The notes below the pieces were generated by a model. It made no database searches. It had not been told where the DNA came from and worked only from the letters and a program-made list of their open reading frames with translations. This document shows, piece by piece, positions 27,901 to 39,047 of a DNA stretch of 64,000 bases (positions within the stretch are counted from its first letter, which is position 1; each line of letters starts with the position of its first letter). The position numbers and the translations under genes were made by a program. The stretch comes from the human T2T-CHM13v2.0 reference genome, Homo sapiens: the NCBI RefSeq assembly GCF_009914755.1, contig NC_060934.1; one strand, written 5' to 3'.

Positions 27901-29336
27901 TAATACAGAAATCTGTCAGTTCTGGTCTAGAAGTGCAAATTTGGGAATTCAAACATAAATTTTCCTTTTGGCTTCCATTTTTGGTTTGATTTAACTTATC
28001 TGACCTTAAATGGATTGGCCAACCTCGCTACCTTGGTTTTTGAGCAGTGAAATTGGTCATATGCAATTTTTTTTCCCAATGTTGAAGATTTCAAGGAGAT
28101 AATATGAAACATTCTTGCTCCTTGAATTATGATGTATTAATTTCTTCAAAGGAACTTTAAGCATAATATAAATAAACTCATTAATTTCTACAGTATTCCT
28201 TTGAAGTATTCTGCCAGTATTGCTGTTGCTTCACAAATGGCAGGGTGCTTGAAAGCTGTAATGATTCATCCAGAGACACTGAACTAAATTCCTAGGTCAT
28301 TCTCCTTCTGAAGAATTTCACTTCATACTAGGAACACTGGTTCCCTCTTCTTTTTTCAGGCAATAAGCTGGATAACTATGTCATACAGACCACTTTAGTG
28401 CTTTCAACTTTAAGTATTTGCTATTGGCAAAACTTGTTAAATTGATCTTTATGTGATTTTAATTAGGAAGGGCTATCTAGATTCAAGTCTGAATTACTTA
28501 AGTTTGGGATCAACTTCTACCTGCAGCAATATTTAGAGTGGTTTAGATCTAAGGAAGTTCACCTCTCTGCCATCACTCCTGCTTCCTTGGGCTTAGATTC
28601 TTCACAACACATGAGCTTAGAATCTCCTGGCATAGGCATAATATGATGGTTTTAAACCTTAAATCTAAAATAGAACACAGTAATAGGAGCTTTAGTTATA
28701 ATTTCCTTTCTTCTGTGGACCACCATGGAACAAAGACCCAAAGAGGCTTGATGACAACTCTGGTTCTGTTGCTGCATCTGGAAAATCATAGTAGTACTTA
28801 ATAGTTTGTAAATGTTCTCCAGCCATCAGTTCTAGAAATACTTACTAAAATGAAGCCTTTATATGTAGAGACAGTAAAATGCATGTTTGGAAAGTAAAGT
28901 GTAAGATGGTACATAATCTATAGAAACATTCTGGGGCTGGAAAGAGAATCTTATTCTTCAGCTGTGCATAGCTGAAACCTTATAGATGGGTATTTCCAGA
29001 AAAGAAATTAATCCCTTTGAATAATGTTCAGCCATCATATTGTCTTTACTCCTATTCTGCTTTCAGTAAGGGAATTTAAAAGCAGATATAAACTATCTCC
29101 CCCATGCCCCTTTTTTCTTTAACAGACTAGATTTTTGTTTTGAATTCAGAAGAAGTGGGGGATGGGGCTTTTTGTGGAATGATAGTGCTTGTGTTAAATG
29201 TTCACCCAGTTTTTCCCTCCAGTCTCTCTCTGGAATTGAGATTATGTTGATGCCAAGATGAAACAATTGGAGCTTAACTATTTTTTATTTCAGATAAAGC
29301 TATGACATTAAATTGTTAAAACTATCTTCTCCTCTT

Positions 29337-29638
<302 letters not shown>

Positions 29639-30009
29639 CTACTCTAAAATCAAATAATTTATTTTACCAGCTACCACCCACCTGCAAAAAAAATTTCCTG
29701 AAAATATTCAGCTGATGAGATTGAGTTATTTTTTTCACTGGCACATGACTATTTCCATTCTATACTAGAACACAGATCAAAATGTTTATGTATTTCAAGC
29801 ATTTTTTTTTAGGGGATTGGGGAAAGGTTGGGGATGGTGGCACTGGGAAAGAAAACACAGGGTTCTGGCACAATTGTATCTGTGTAAGGTAAGTACGTCT
29901 TTGGATCTAAATCCTGGCAATAAGACAGCAAATCCCATTTTACTGACTAGACCAATAATGATCACTTGCCTGACATTTTCTCTCCCCTCCCATCCCCTTT
30001 TCTTATAAG

Positions 30010-30309
30010 GTAAATTTGAAGAAAAAGAAGACAGTGTGCCTAAGCTGGAGCAGCTCAACAGCCTGGGTTGTATGACTAATATGAATCTAGTATTAACAAA
30101 ACAAAATTTGCTACATATGGAACTATTATTATTAGAAACCTTTCAGTGGAACCTCTGCCTTCCAACAGCCGCCCATTTCATTGAGTATTATCTCTCTGAA
30201 GCAGTACACGAAACAGATCTTCATGACGGCTGGCCAATGATTTGCTTGGAAAAGACTAAACTCTACATGGCCAAATATGCAGATTACTTCCTGGAAGTAT
30301 CTTTGCAAG
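30010..30309 (+). CDS. CCNJ: Cyclin J exon 4
   Basis: Long pyrimidine tract + TATAAG|; (S)[16 protein letters not shown]...[21 protein letters not shown]...YFLEVSLQ; donor AAG|GTGGGT. Confidence 0.96.
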
Positions 30310-30396
30310 GTGGGTTGTTGTGAATACCAGTAAGTGACTTGTGCACTTGTGACTCGTGTATTCTGTTCCTTAAGTTCATTTTTGGTGTCTCCACAG

Positions 30397-30556
30397 ATTA
30401 TGCCTTTCTAAATTATGCACCTTCTTTAGTAGCTGCTGCATGTGTGGCTTCTTCGAGGATTATACTTCGTCTTTCTCCAACGTGGCCTACAAGACTACAT
30501 CGTCTTACTGCCTACTCTTGGGATTTCTTAGTGCAGTGTATTGAACGACTGTTGAT
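30397..30556 (+). CDS. CCNJ: Cyclin J exon 5 (alternative starts at 30430 and 30433)
   Basis: Acceptor TCTCCACAG|; (D)[30 protein letters not shown]...CIERLL; donor GAT|GTAAGC. Confidence 0.93.
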
Positions 30557-31138
30557 GTAAGCCTTTTTATTCTTGTGTTTGTACTTTCTCATTAACAGTT
30601 TTCTTCATGTATGAGGTGCCCTGAAAACAGCTTCTGAAAGGCACAGAGTTCCTAGGTTATTTGCTTTTGGCAGCAGTTACTTGCTGCCATGAGCAAGCCC
30701 ATGTATGAGCAGAACTCTAGGGAAGGTGTCATTGTTAGAATAATTCTGGGCACATTATAAGGAAAGGAGCTGCTTGTGTGTGTCTGTAAGTCTGTAACCC
30801 TGAGATCAGTCCAGGCCAGCCTTGCCCCATTCCTAACATCATTGAATTTTGGGGGCCACCAGGATGTTACCAAATTGGCAGCCACACTTACGTGCTTATT
30901 ATGGACACATCTCCCAAACTGGAAATAATCCTCAAAGCTACCAGGAAGGTTCACATCAAGGGAAATAGCTTTAGAAGAACACAAGCGAGGTCTCACTGTT
31001 GTTGGAATTATGGTGCAGTGACTGCTACCTGGGTAGTGGTGGTGGAAGAAGCTGTTGAGTTGGGGATGGGGCATGATTTTCTTGCAGATTTCTTCTCAAG
31101 CAGTATTTTTAATAGTTTCCTTTCTCTCCACGTTTCAG

Positions 31139-31550
31139 CGCTCATGATAATGATGTGAAAGAAGCAAACAAACAGAGAGGGCAAGCAGGACCTCAGTCAG
31201 CGCAACTAAGTGTATTCCAGACAGCCTCCCAGCCATCACGGCCAGTTCACTTTCAGCAACCTCAGTATCTCCATCAGACACATCAGACCTCACTGCAGTA
31301 TCGCCATCCTACGTCAGAACAACCAAGCTGTCAGCAGATTGTATCGACCACACACACCTCATCTTACACACTACAGACATGTCCTGCTGGCTTCCAAACT
31401 AGTGTTCAGGGCCTTGGGCACATGCAGACTGGTGTTGGGATGTCACTGGCAATACCAGTAGAAGTTAAGCCCTGTCTGAGTGTTTCTTACAACCGGAGTT
31501 ATCAGATAAATGAACATTACCCTTGTATTACTCCATGTTTTGAAAGGTGA
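31139..31550 (+). CDS. CCNJ: Cyclin J terminal coding exon
   Basis: Acceptor TTTCTCTCCACGTTTCAG|; [14 protein letters not shown]...[10 protein letters not shown]. Exon sum 69+211+300+160+412=1152 nt = 383 aa + stop. Confidence 0.96.
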
Positions 31551-34180
31551 TTATTTGTGAAGCTGATAACCGACCCAGACTGCTTTGTGACATGAAGCTA
31601 TGGGTAAGCGTTTTGTAAACTTCTGTTCAAAAGGAAAGGGATCTAAATGACATCAGAACTCTTCAGGTACCAGCACCAGGAAGACTGAATATCCTTTTTA
31701 ATGCACCATGAATCCTGGGAGACTAAGCAAATTAACAGTATGTCAAATTCTGTTACAACAAATCCCTGTATGACAAAAATGTTCAAGTCCTGGCTGATGG
31801 TCCAAATATTTCAAAAATATTCAGTACAACAGAAAATTTGGACAGACTTCAATTTGCCATTTTGAGATTTGACCTGTGGTAGCATCTGGGCTTAATGTTG
31901 GCTTCTAAGTCAAAGACTAAATGTTTATCTCATCTATGGACTTGCCAAACAGTCTTTTATGAAGGAAAGTTACAGTATTAATTTTTGAAAAGGTTTTTTT
32001 TATTCTGCAATTTTTTATTTTTGTTCTACACATGAATTTTTGACTAAGTTTAAACTCATGAATTGTTATGCTATACCAATCTGCAGTAAAAAAAATTTTT
32101 TTAGATGATTCTATATAACTTCGTCTCACAAATAGTGTAGGTATCTGGGTTTATATACTAAAATTAAGGGTGGAGAAGATCTTATTTTTTAAATCATGGT
32201 CATAATTTTTCTTTTTTTCCCTAAGTGATCAACATCAAATTTTTAGAATTAAAATACATTTAACTCAGGGAATTTGTACTACTTGGAAACACTTAACTGT
32301 AATGCAACATGCCTTGGGAATGTTATAGTGTGAACTACCTTTATAACATAGGTTAAAATACGCTTGCTAGGGTGTGTTTTCAAATGAGAACATAATATAG
32401 CTCAGAATGAAGTGGTAGTTCCTGTGATTCATAATACATATGTAGGTTTTGCATATCTCAGTGCAATCCATGATTTATACTCAGAATCGACATTCTTAAA
32501 AAGTTATTTCAAGGGATGGCATAACTGTAAGAGGTCAGTGCTAGAATAAAGTCCTGTAGGTTTATTTTGGAAGGGACTGTGGCCAGGGTAGTTCTCAGGT
32601 TGTGCTAGAGCAGCACTTTGTTATGTGGAAGACAGGTTTTTTAAGCAACCTTTGAATCCAGCTCTAGTCAGTCTAAGCAGGCAAAGGTAACTGATGACTA
32701 AATTTCAGTAGCTACTTTCATTGGATTGACCCTACAACTGCCCTGGGACATTTCACTGTACCAGTATTAACTGCAAACAGCAATAATTGTCATTACAGCA
32801 AGGGCAGTTTGGGGGTAAAGCATTTTGGAGGAATAACCTTAAAAAGTTAAAAAGTCATTGTAATAACTGATAAACTGTATACATTGTGCTCCTTTCTGTG
32901 GGAGAAGAAAGATTTGGTGGAGGGAAGCTTTCTGGTTTAAAAATTAGTAAGGTGTGTCTTTTTGTTTTTTTTAAGATAGCACTTGAATAGAAGGGAAAAC
33001 TGCATGGCAGATACGTGACTGCCACAATATGCATCGAAGACAAACTTACTATAAAGATGTTGTGGGTATGCAGCAGGAGTCTCAGTAATCAAGCCAATGG
33101 CCTTTGTCAGGAAGGGAAGGGGCTCAACACAGTGATGGACTGATCCAGATGGCTCCCGGGGATGAATGTGGGTGGGTAGCTTCTGTCAGTATCAATGCTT
33201 AGAGAAATATCCTTTCCTTAAAAAGAAAATAACTTTTATATTTAGAGTACATAGGGCATGATGTGGATTTATTAGTCTGGTAGATAAAATGAAAAACCAC
33301 TCAGGTAAGAACACTCACTCATGGCAGTTTTTAAGCATGAAAATTGTTTTCTGAAAGTATCATCACTTTTCCTTTTTAAAGAAGGCTGCTAATTGGATTT
33401 TGGTAGTTCTTACCTCAAGAAAACTTGAATTATTTGGGGGAAAGTAGGCTCAAAAGAGAATATATCTTTCACATTCACATTCAGAACCCAGCAACCTGGA
33501 GTCCAATTTTCAGTATTTTAACTACCTCAATAATGCTATGAATGTAAGATATTGGGATAGAGATCCCAACTTGAAACAACAGCCAGTGCCTGTGGTAACT
33601 TAATGTCTTGTCAAATACTTTTATTGATTGGTTTATATGCCATTCTTGTTATAGAAGAATATGCCTTTTAAAAAAGCTTATTAATAACACTTTCCCAATT
33701 TATATTTTAAAAAGCTAAAGAACACTGGATTAATAATCTTTTGGGAGGGTAGAATAAAATAATTGATTACTATTGCTGCATACCCGGGGTGGGATGGGGT
33801 GGTTGGAGAACCAGAACTATTTTTAAAACATTAGGTTTCAATATAAATACAACTCACAACTGCTAGCTTTGGGGGGTGGGGGAACATTGTGTGGGTTTTG
33901 TTTTGTTTAATTTATTGATTAGTCTTTAAAGTAGGCTTTTTTTTTTTTTTTTGAGAATACTGGACCATCATTAAATGTGTACTGTGAAGAGATTAATATG
34001 TATGAAGGGCTTTACCAAAGTCCACTAAATAAACACTACTCAAGTACAGACTGCAAACCAAAATGTATCTGTGTTACGACATTAATTGCAAATAGCAAGT
34101 ATGGTGCTAAAGTCTACACCAATGGAATTAGATGAGTGCTATGCACTTAATTTTAAAATAAAACTAGTTTTCAGTAAAAT
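31551..34180 (+). other. CCNJ: CCNJ 3' UTR with distal poly(A) signal
   Basis: AT-rich with no recognisable interspersed repeat; AATAAA 34157-34162 followed by a GT/T-rich downstream element; many miRNA seed matches. Confidence 0.85.
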
Positions 34181-34983
34181 GGCTTCGGTATTTTTGTTTT
34201 AAATACAAACTTGTATATTTGCAGCTCTAGTGAACCATCTCATCATGTAATTCAGACTTGGAATCATGATTTTATTTACTAAAAGCCATCAAGATGTAGA
34301 ATATAGCCATTAGTGGCATAAAACATCCGTTCATTGCGTATTCCATACTGAGCATTAAAGCCCACAAAAGTATATTGGACACCACTGTTGCCTTTTTGAG
34401 CTTAAAATCAGTTGTTAGTATGTTAGCAACTACAGATTCTAATTTATTCAACAATCATGCAAGCATCAGAAAATCTGAAGTTTGATGTCAAAAGTAGGGA
34501 CACAGAAAATGGTTAAAGCTATGAGAAGGAATATAGGGTCTACAGTGAGTGAGAATGGTCTATTTACCTGAGTATAAATATCATTTGCTACTTAATTCAA
34601 CTCAAACCTTAGCAGATGGAATTTGTTTTGAAAAGTAAAATTTAACAGGTTTGTACAAGCGGGTTAGGAATTTACACTGCCTTTTTAAAAAACATTTTTG
34701 AAATTAGTCTCAAAACTATCGTATTGTCACTTGTTCTGGCACAGTGCCAGGGTTTAGCAGCCCTCAAGAGTTAATATACCATGTTCTTTAGGGCTGACTT
34801 TAAGAAAAAGAAAAAGCATTCCAAACCAGGCCAGGTAGCTTTGCCTTGAGGTGATCTGAGCCCCATGTGGCAAGTTTATAACCAACAACTGCCTCTCAGG
34901 CACGTGGTAAAAGCCTCCCTAGCCTCAAGCAGCTTACATCTAGTTTGATAAATACGACTAGCACACTTGCAGCAATTAGGCTA

Positions 34984-35278
<295 letters not shown>

Positions 35279-35676
35279 TTAGGCTGGTGTAGTCTGGAAC
35301 TCGGTTTAATATCGTGTTAGTTTAGGAATCACTCAACATTCATTTTTCAATCCCTTAGATTTTAAAGTAGCAAGTACAGTCAGTTGACAGCATAAGGACC
35401 AGGCTCAGGGATCATATGGGAAGGACACCTGCTATCCTATCCTTGCCTGACTACCACTCTGTTTCCTCCCATAACACCCTCTGCCTCCCAGGTAAGCATC
35501 ACCACCCTGAATTTATTAGTTCTTAAGTCCATGAAGCCTTGACATGGTATGCAATTTATATGTAAATGATTTCCCCTATTCTTAAAGTTTTGTCTACTCA
35601 AAGGGACCTGTAATTAAAAATGTAAGAGTGACTGTCTTGTATCCATTTACTTGCTAGTTTCTCCCTACTAGAACCT

Positions 35677-36062
35677 TGTGTTAGGCCGTTCTCGCATTGC
35701 TATAAAGAAATACTCAGGACTGGGTAATTTATAAAGAAGAGAGGTTTAACTGGCTCATGCTTCTGTAGGCTGTACAGGGAGCATGGAGCTGGCATCTGCT
35801 TGGCTTCTGGGAGGCCTCAAGAAACATGGCAGAAGGGTAAGCAGGAGCAGGAATCTCACTTGGTGGGAACAAGTGGGGGTAGGCGAAGGTGCCACACACT
35901 TTAACCAGATCTCACATGAAGTGAACTCACTATCACAAGGACAGCACCAAGCCATGAGGGATCCGCCCCCATGACAAACACCTCCCACTAGGCCCCACCT
36001 CCAACATTGGGGATTACATTTCAACATGGATTTGGGTGGGGACAAATATCTAAACTATGTCA
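35677..36062 (-). mobile_element. MST-type MaLR solo LTR
   Basis: TGTGTTAGGCCGTTCTCGCATTGCTATAAAGAAATAC...GGACAAATATCTAAACTATGTCA; TSD AACCT/AACAT. Confidence 0.88.
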
Positions 36063-36073
36063 AACATATCTTC

Positions 36074-36260
36074 CCTCTGTCTGCCAGGCTGGAGCGCAGT
36101 GTTGCCATTATGGCCCACTGCAGCCTCGACCTCCTGGGCTCAAAAAATTCTCCCACTTCAGCCTCCTGAGTAGCTAGGATCGTAGGCATACACCACCACA
36201 TGCCTGGCTCATTTTTACAATTTTTTGTAGAGGTGGGGGTTTGCCATGTTACCCAGGCTG
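36074..36260 (-). mobile_element. Partial AluJ/FRAM
   Basis: Reverse-complement right arm and linker. Confidence 0.8.
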
Positions 36261-36742
36261 TCCTTTTTTTTTCTTAAGATTTTTAATTTTAGAACAGCTT
36301 AGATGTACAGAATTATTACTAAGATAGTACACAGAGTCCCCATATAGCCCACAGCCAGTCTCTCTTCTTATTAATATATTGAGATGGTACATTTGTCACA
36401 ATGCACCAGTACTGATGTACTATTACTAACAGAAATCCATGCTTTATTCAAATTTCCTTAGTTTTTCCCTAATATCCTTTTTCTCTCCCAGATTCCTATG
36501 CAGGATATCACATTACCTTTAGCACTCAGGTCTTAGGCAACTCTGGGTTGTGACAGTTACTCAGACTTTGTCTGTGATGACCTCGACAGTTCTGAAAATC
36601 CGTGGTTAGGTATTTCATAGAATGAACATATGTTTCTTGAGAGCAGGGATTTTGTCTTACTCATCTTACGCCCCTGTGTGTGATAGGGATCTGATGTATG
36701 ATAGCACATCATAGGCTCTTGGGATGTAGGTAACAAAAAATT

Positions 36743-37041
36743 GGCCAGCACGGTGGCTCACACCAGTAATGCCAGCACTTCTGGAGGCCAAGGTGGGTGG
36801 ATCACTTGAGCTCAGGAGTTCAAGACCAGCCTGGCCAACATGGCAAAACCCCATCTCTACAAAAAATAAAAAAACTAGCTGGGCGTGGTGGTGTGTGCCT
36901 GTAGTCTCAGCTACTTGTGGGGCTGAAGCAGGAGGACTGCTTGAGCCCAGGAGGTCGAGGCTGCAGTGAGCCATGTTTGTGCCACTATACTCCAGCCTGG
37001 GTGACAAAGTGAGACCCTGTCTCAAAACAACAACAACAAAA
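36743..37041 (+). mobile_element. Alu SINE (AluJ-type)
   Basis: Two-arm Alu with (CAA)n tail. Confidence 0.92.
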
Positions 37042-37623
37042 ATGCAGTGTAAAAGTAGGCAGTGACTAATAAACAAATGCTGCCTTGGGTTGATTTAAAA
37101 AGTAGAGTACTCTGATCATAGGAAGGCACAGTCCCATCAGATTCAGCACTGGTTAGATCGTATCTACAAAAATCTTGTGAACTGAATTTTAAGTGGAATG
37201 GTGATAAACCCAAGTTTTGCCACAAGCTGGTGATGGGTCCAGGAATCATGTTATATGAGTAACAACTGAAGGAACTGGTGGTGTTTTCACCTGGGGAAGC
37301 CTAAGGAAAGGTAAAATGCTTGTCTTCCCAGATGTGAGAAGTCCTATTACTGCAAAGGGCAGAATTAAGTCAGTGGTCCAAAGTTTCTCACATTTCAATG
37401 AATAATAAGCCAGAATGTTACAAACAGAGTAGTGCTGCTTTGAGAGTTCCTGAGTTCCTAGTTAACAGAGGCCCCTGACATAGACCAGAAATGGGATGGA
37501 AGTAATCCTTGAACTTGGGTGTAAACATCTTCCAATTCTCAAGAGCTTCTGAAGCTCTAAAGAGTTTCTGAAGAGTTTCTAAAGGTTTTATGGACCTGGG
37601 ACTTGAGCTGGGTGTAGAAAGAA

Positions 37624-37708
37624 GGGAAAAGCTTCAGCTAGACTAGGGCAGTCATCACCCCAGTGTTGGCACAAAGCAGACTGCACTAGCCTGGCTGAAG
37701 CCCTTCCC
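37624..37708 (-). ncRNA. MIR3157: microRNA 3157 precursor hairpin
   Basis: ~33-bp inverted repeat. The minus strand contains UUCAGCCAGGCUAGUGCAGUCU (37699-37678, recalled miR-3157-5p) and CUGCCCUAGUCUAGCUGAAGCU (37651-37630, 3p); G:U wobbles favour the minus strand. Confidence 0.88.
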
Positions 37709-37880
37709 TTCTTATATTCTCAGCTCAATTGTTGGACAGTGAGGGCAGACTCATTGAGAAGTTGTAGAGGAAATAAAGTTGAGTGAGTAGAATGAGGTTG
37801 AGTTACGGAGTTTTGAAAGCCAGAAGAGAATACAGACTTTGTGGGGTCAGAGATATCGCTGAGGATTTGTGATATGATAC

Positions 37881-37970
37881 TGGTGATTTTAGGAAGAATG
37901 ATGATTTTAGGAAGATTGGTTTTAGAAAGAATAATGATTTTAGAAAATGGTGGTTTTAGGAAGAATGATC
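37881..37970. repeat. Degenerate 15-18-bp minisatellite
   Basis: About 5 copies of G(A/G)TTTTAG(G/A)AAGAATGAT. Confidence 0.8.
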
Positions 37971-38757
37971 TGACAGTATCAGGGTAGGTTAGTAAGAGAA
38001 GATGGGAGTCAGAAAGCTTTCTGCAATAATGACAAATTGAGTAAGAATGGTACATGGATATTTAATGGTACAAAGGTAAACCCTAAGAAAGAAAACAAAA
38101 TTGATAGAATTGAGGGATAGAATAAAGGAAAGGAAATATACTAATTCTGTTATTACTTATAAAAGTGAATTACAGATACTGAGATACTGGCTAAATAGAA
38201 AACAGAAATACTGATTATACAATCTGTATTACAAAGTTAACTACAGGAACAAAAACACAAAGCTTTCTAATTATGAAAAGAAGGAATAAAACAAAGCAAA
38301 CTTTCCATATAGTAAACTATACTTTAAAGGTATAAATAGCAAAAGTATAACAAAATAATCTGACAGAACTAAGTCCAAACATATCAAATCAATAAATGAA
38401 AACAAACTCAACTATTAAGGGAAAAAGAACTTCAGACTGAATCACAAAGTGAAACTCAAATCTATGTTGTATGAGAGACAGGTCTAAAATAAAATGATTA
38501 AGAAAGGTTGAAGATCAACGAAAAAGTAGAGATACCAGAAAAACTCAAACAAAAAGCAAGGATCAAGATCTTAATAACAGACAAGGCTGAATTTTGGCCA
38601 AAATGTATTAAACCAAATTTTAAAAAGGGCACTTTATAATGCTAAAGGTTACAGTTCATGATAAGGATGAAGTTATTAATACTTCTGGATCAAATAACTG
38701 TAGCAATATTATGCACAAACTATAAAGGTTTTACAGAGAAATAAAAGAAAAACATGG

Positions 38758-39047
38758 GGCAGGGTGCAGTGGCTCACGCCTGTAATCCCAGCACTTTGGG
38801 AGGCCGAGGCGGGCGAATCACGAGGTCAGGAGATCGAGACCATCCTGGCTAACACGGTGAAACTCCGTCTCTACCAAAAATACAAAAAGTTAGCCGGGTG
38901 TGGTGGCGGGCGCCTGTAGTCCCAGCTACTCCAGAGGCTGAAGCAGGAGAAAGCTCCAGGAGGCGGAGCTTGCAGTGAGCCGAGATGGCGCCACTGCACT
39001 CCAGCCTGGGTGACAGAGCAAGACTCCGTCTCAAAAAAAAAAAAAAA
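38758..39047 (+). mobile_element. AluY
   Basis: GAGATCGAGACCATCCTGGCTAACACGG diagnostic; small right-arm deletion. Confidence 0.9.

Noticed and set aside
30652-31158. ORFs of 140 aa (-) and 88 aa (+) in CCNJ intron 5
   Set aside because: No homology I recognise, no supporting splice or start context, and not in frame with CCNJ
31210-31461. 83-codon alternative frame overlapping the CCNJ last exon
   Set aside because: Non-ATG start directly after a stop codon, with no credible splice route into this frame
37881-37970. Short repeated units superficially like a CRISPR array
   Set aside because: Degenerate head-to-tail minisatellite with no unique spacers, in a eukaryotic context with no cas genes
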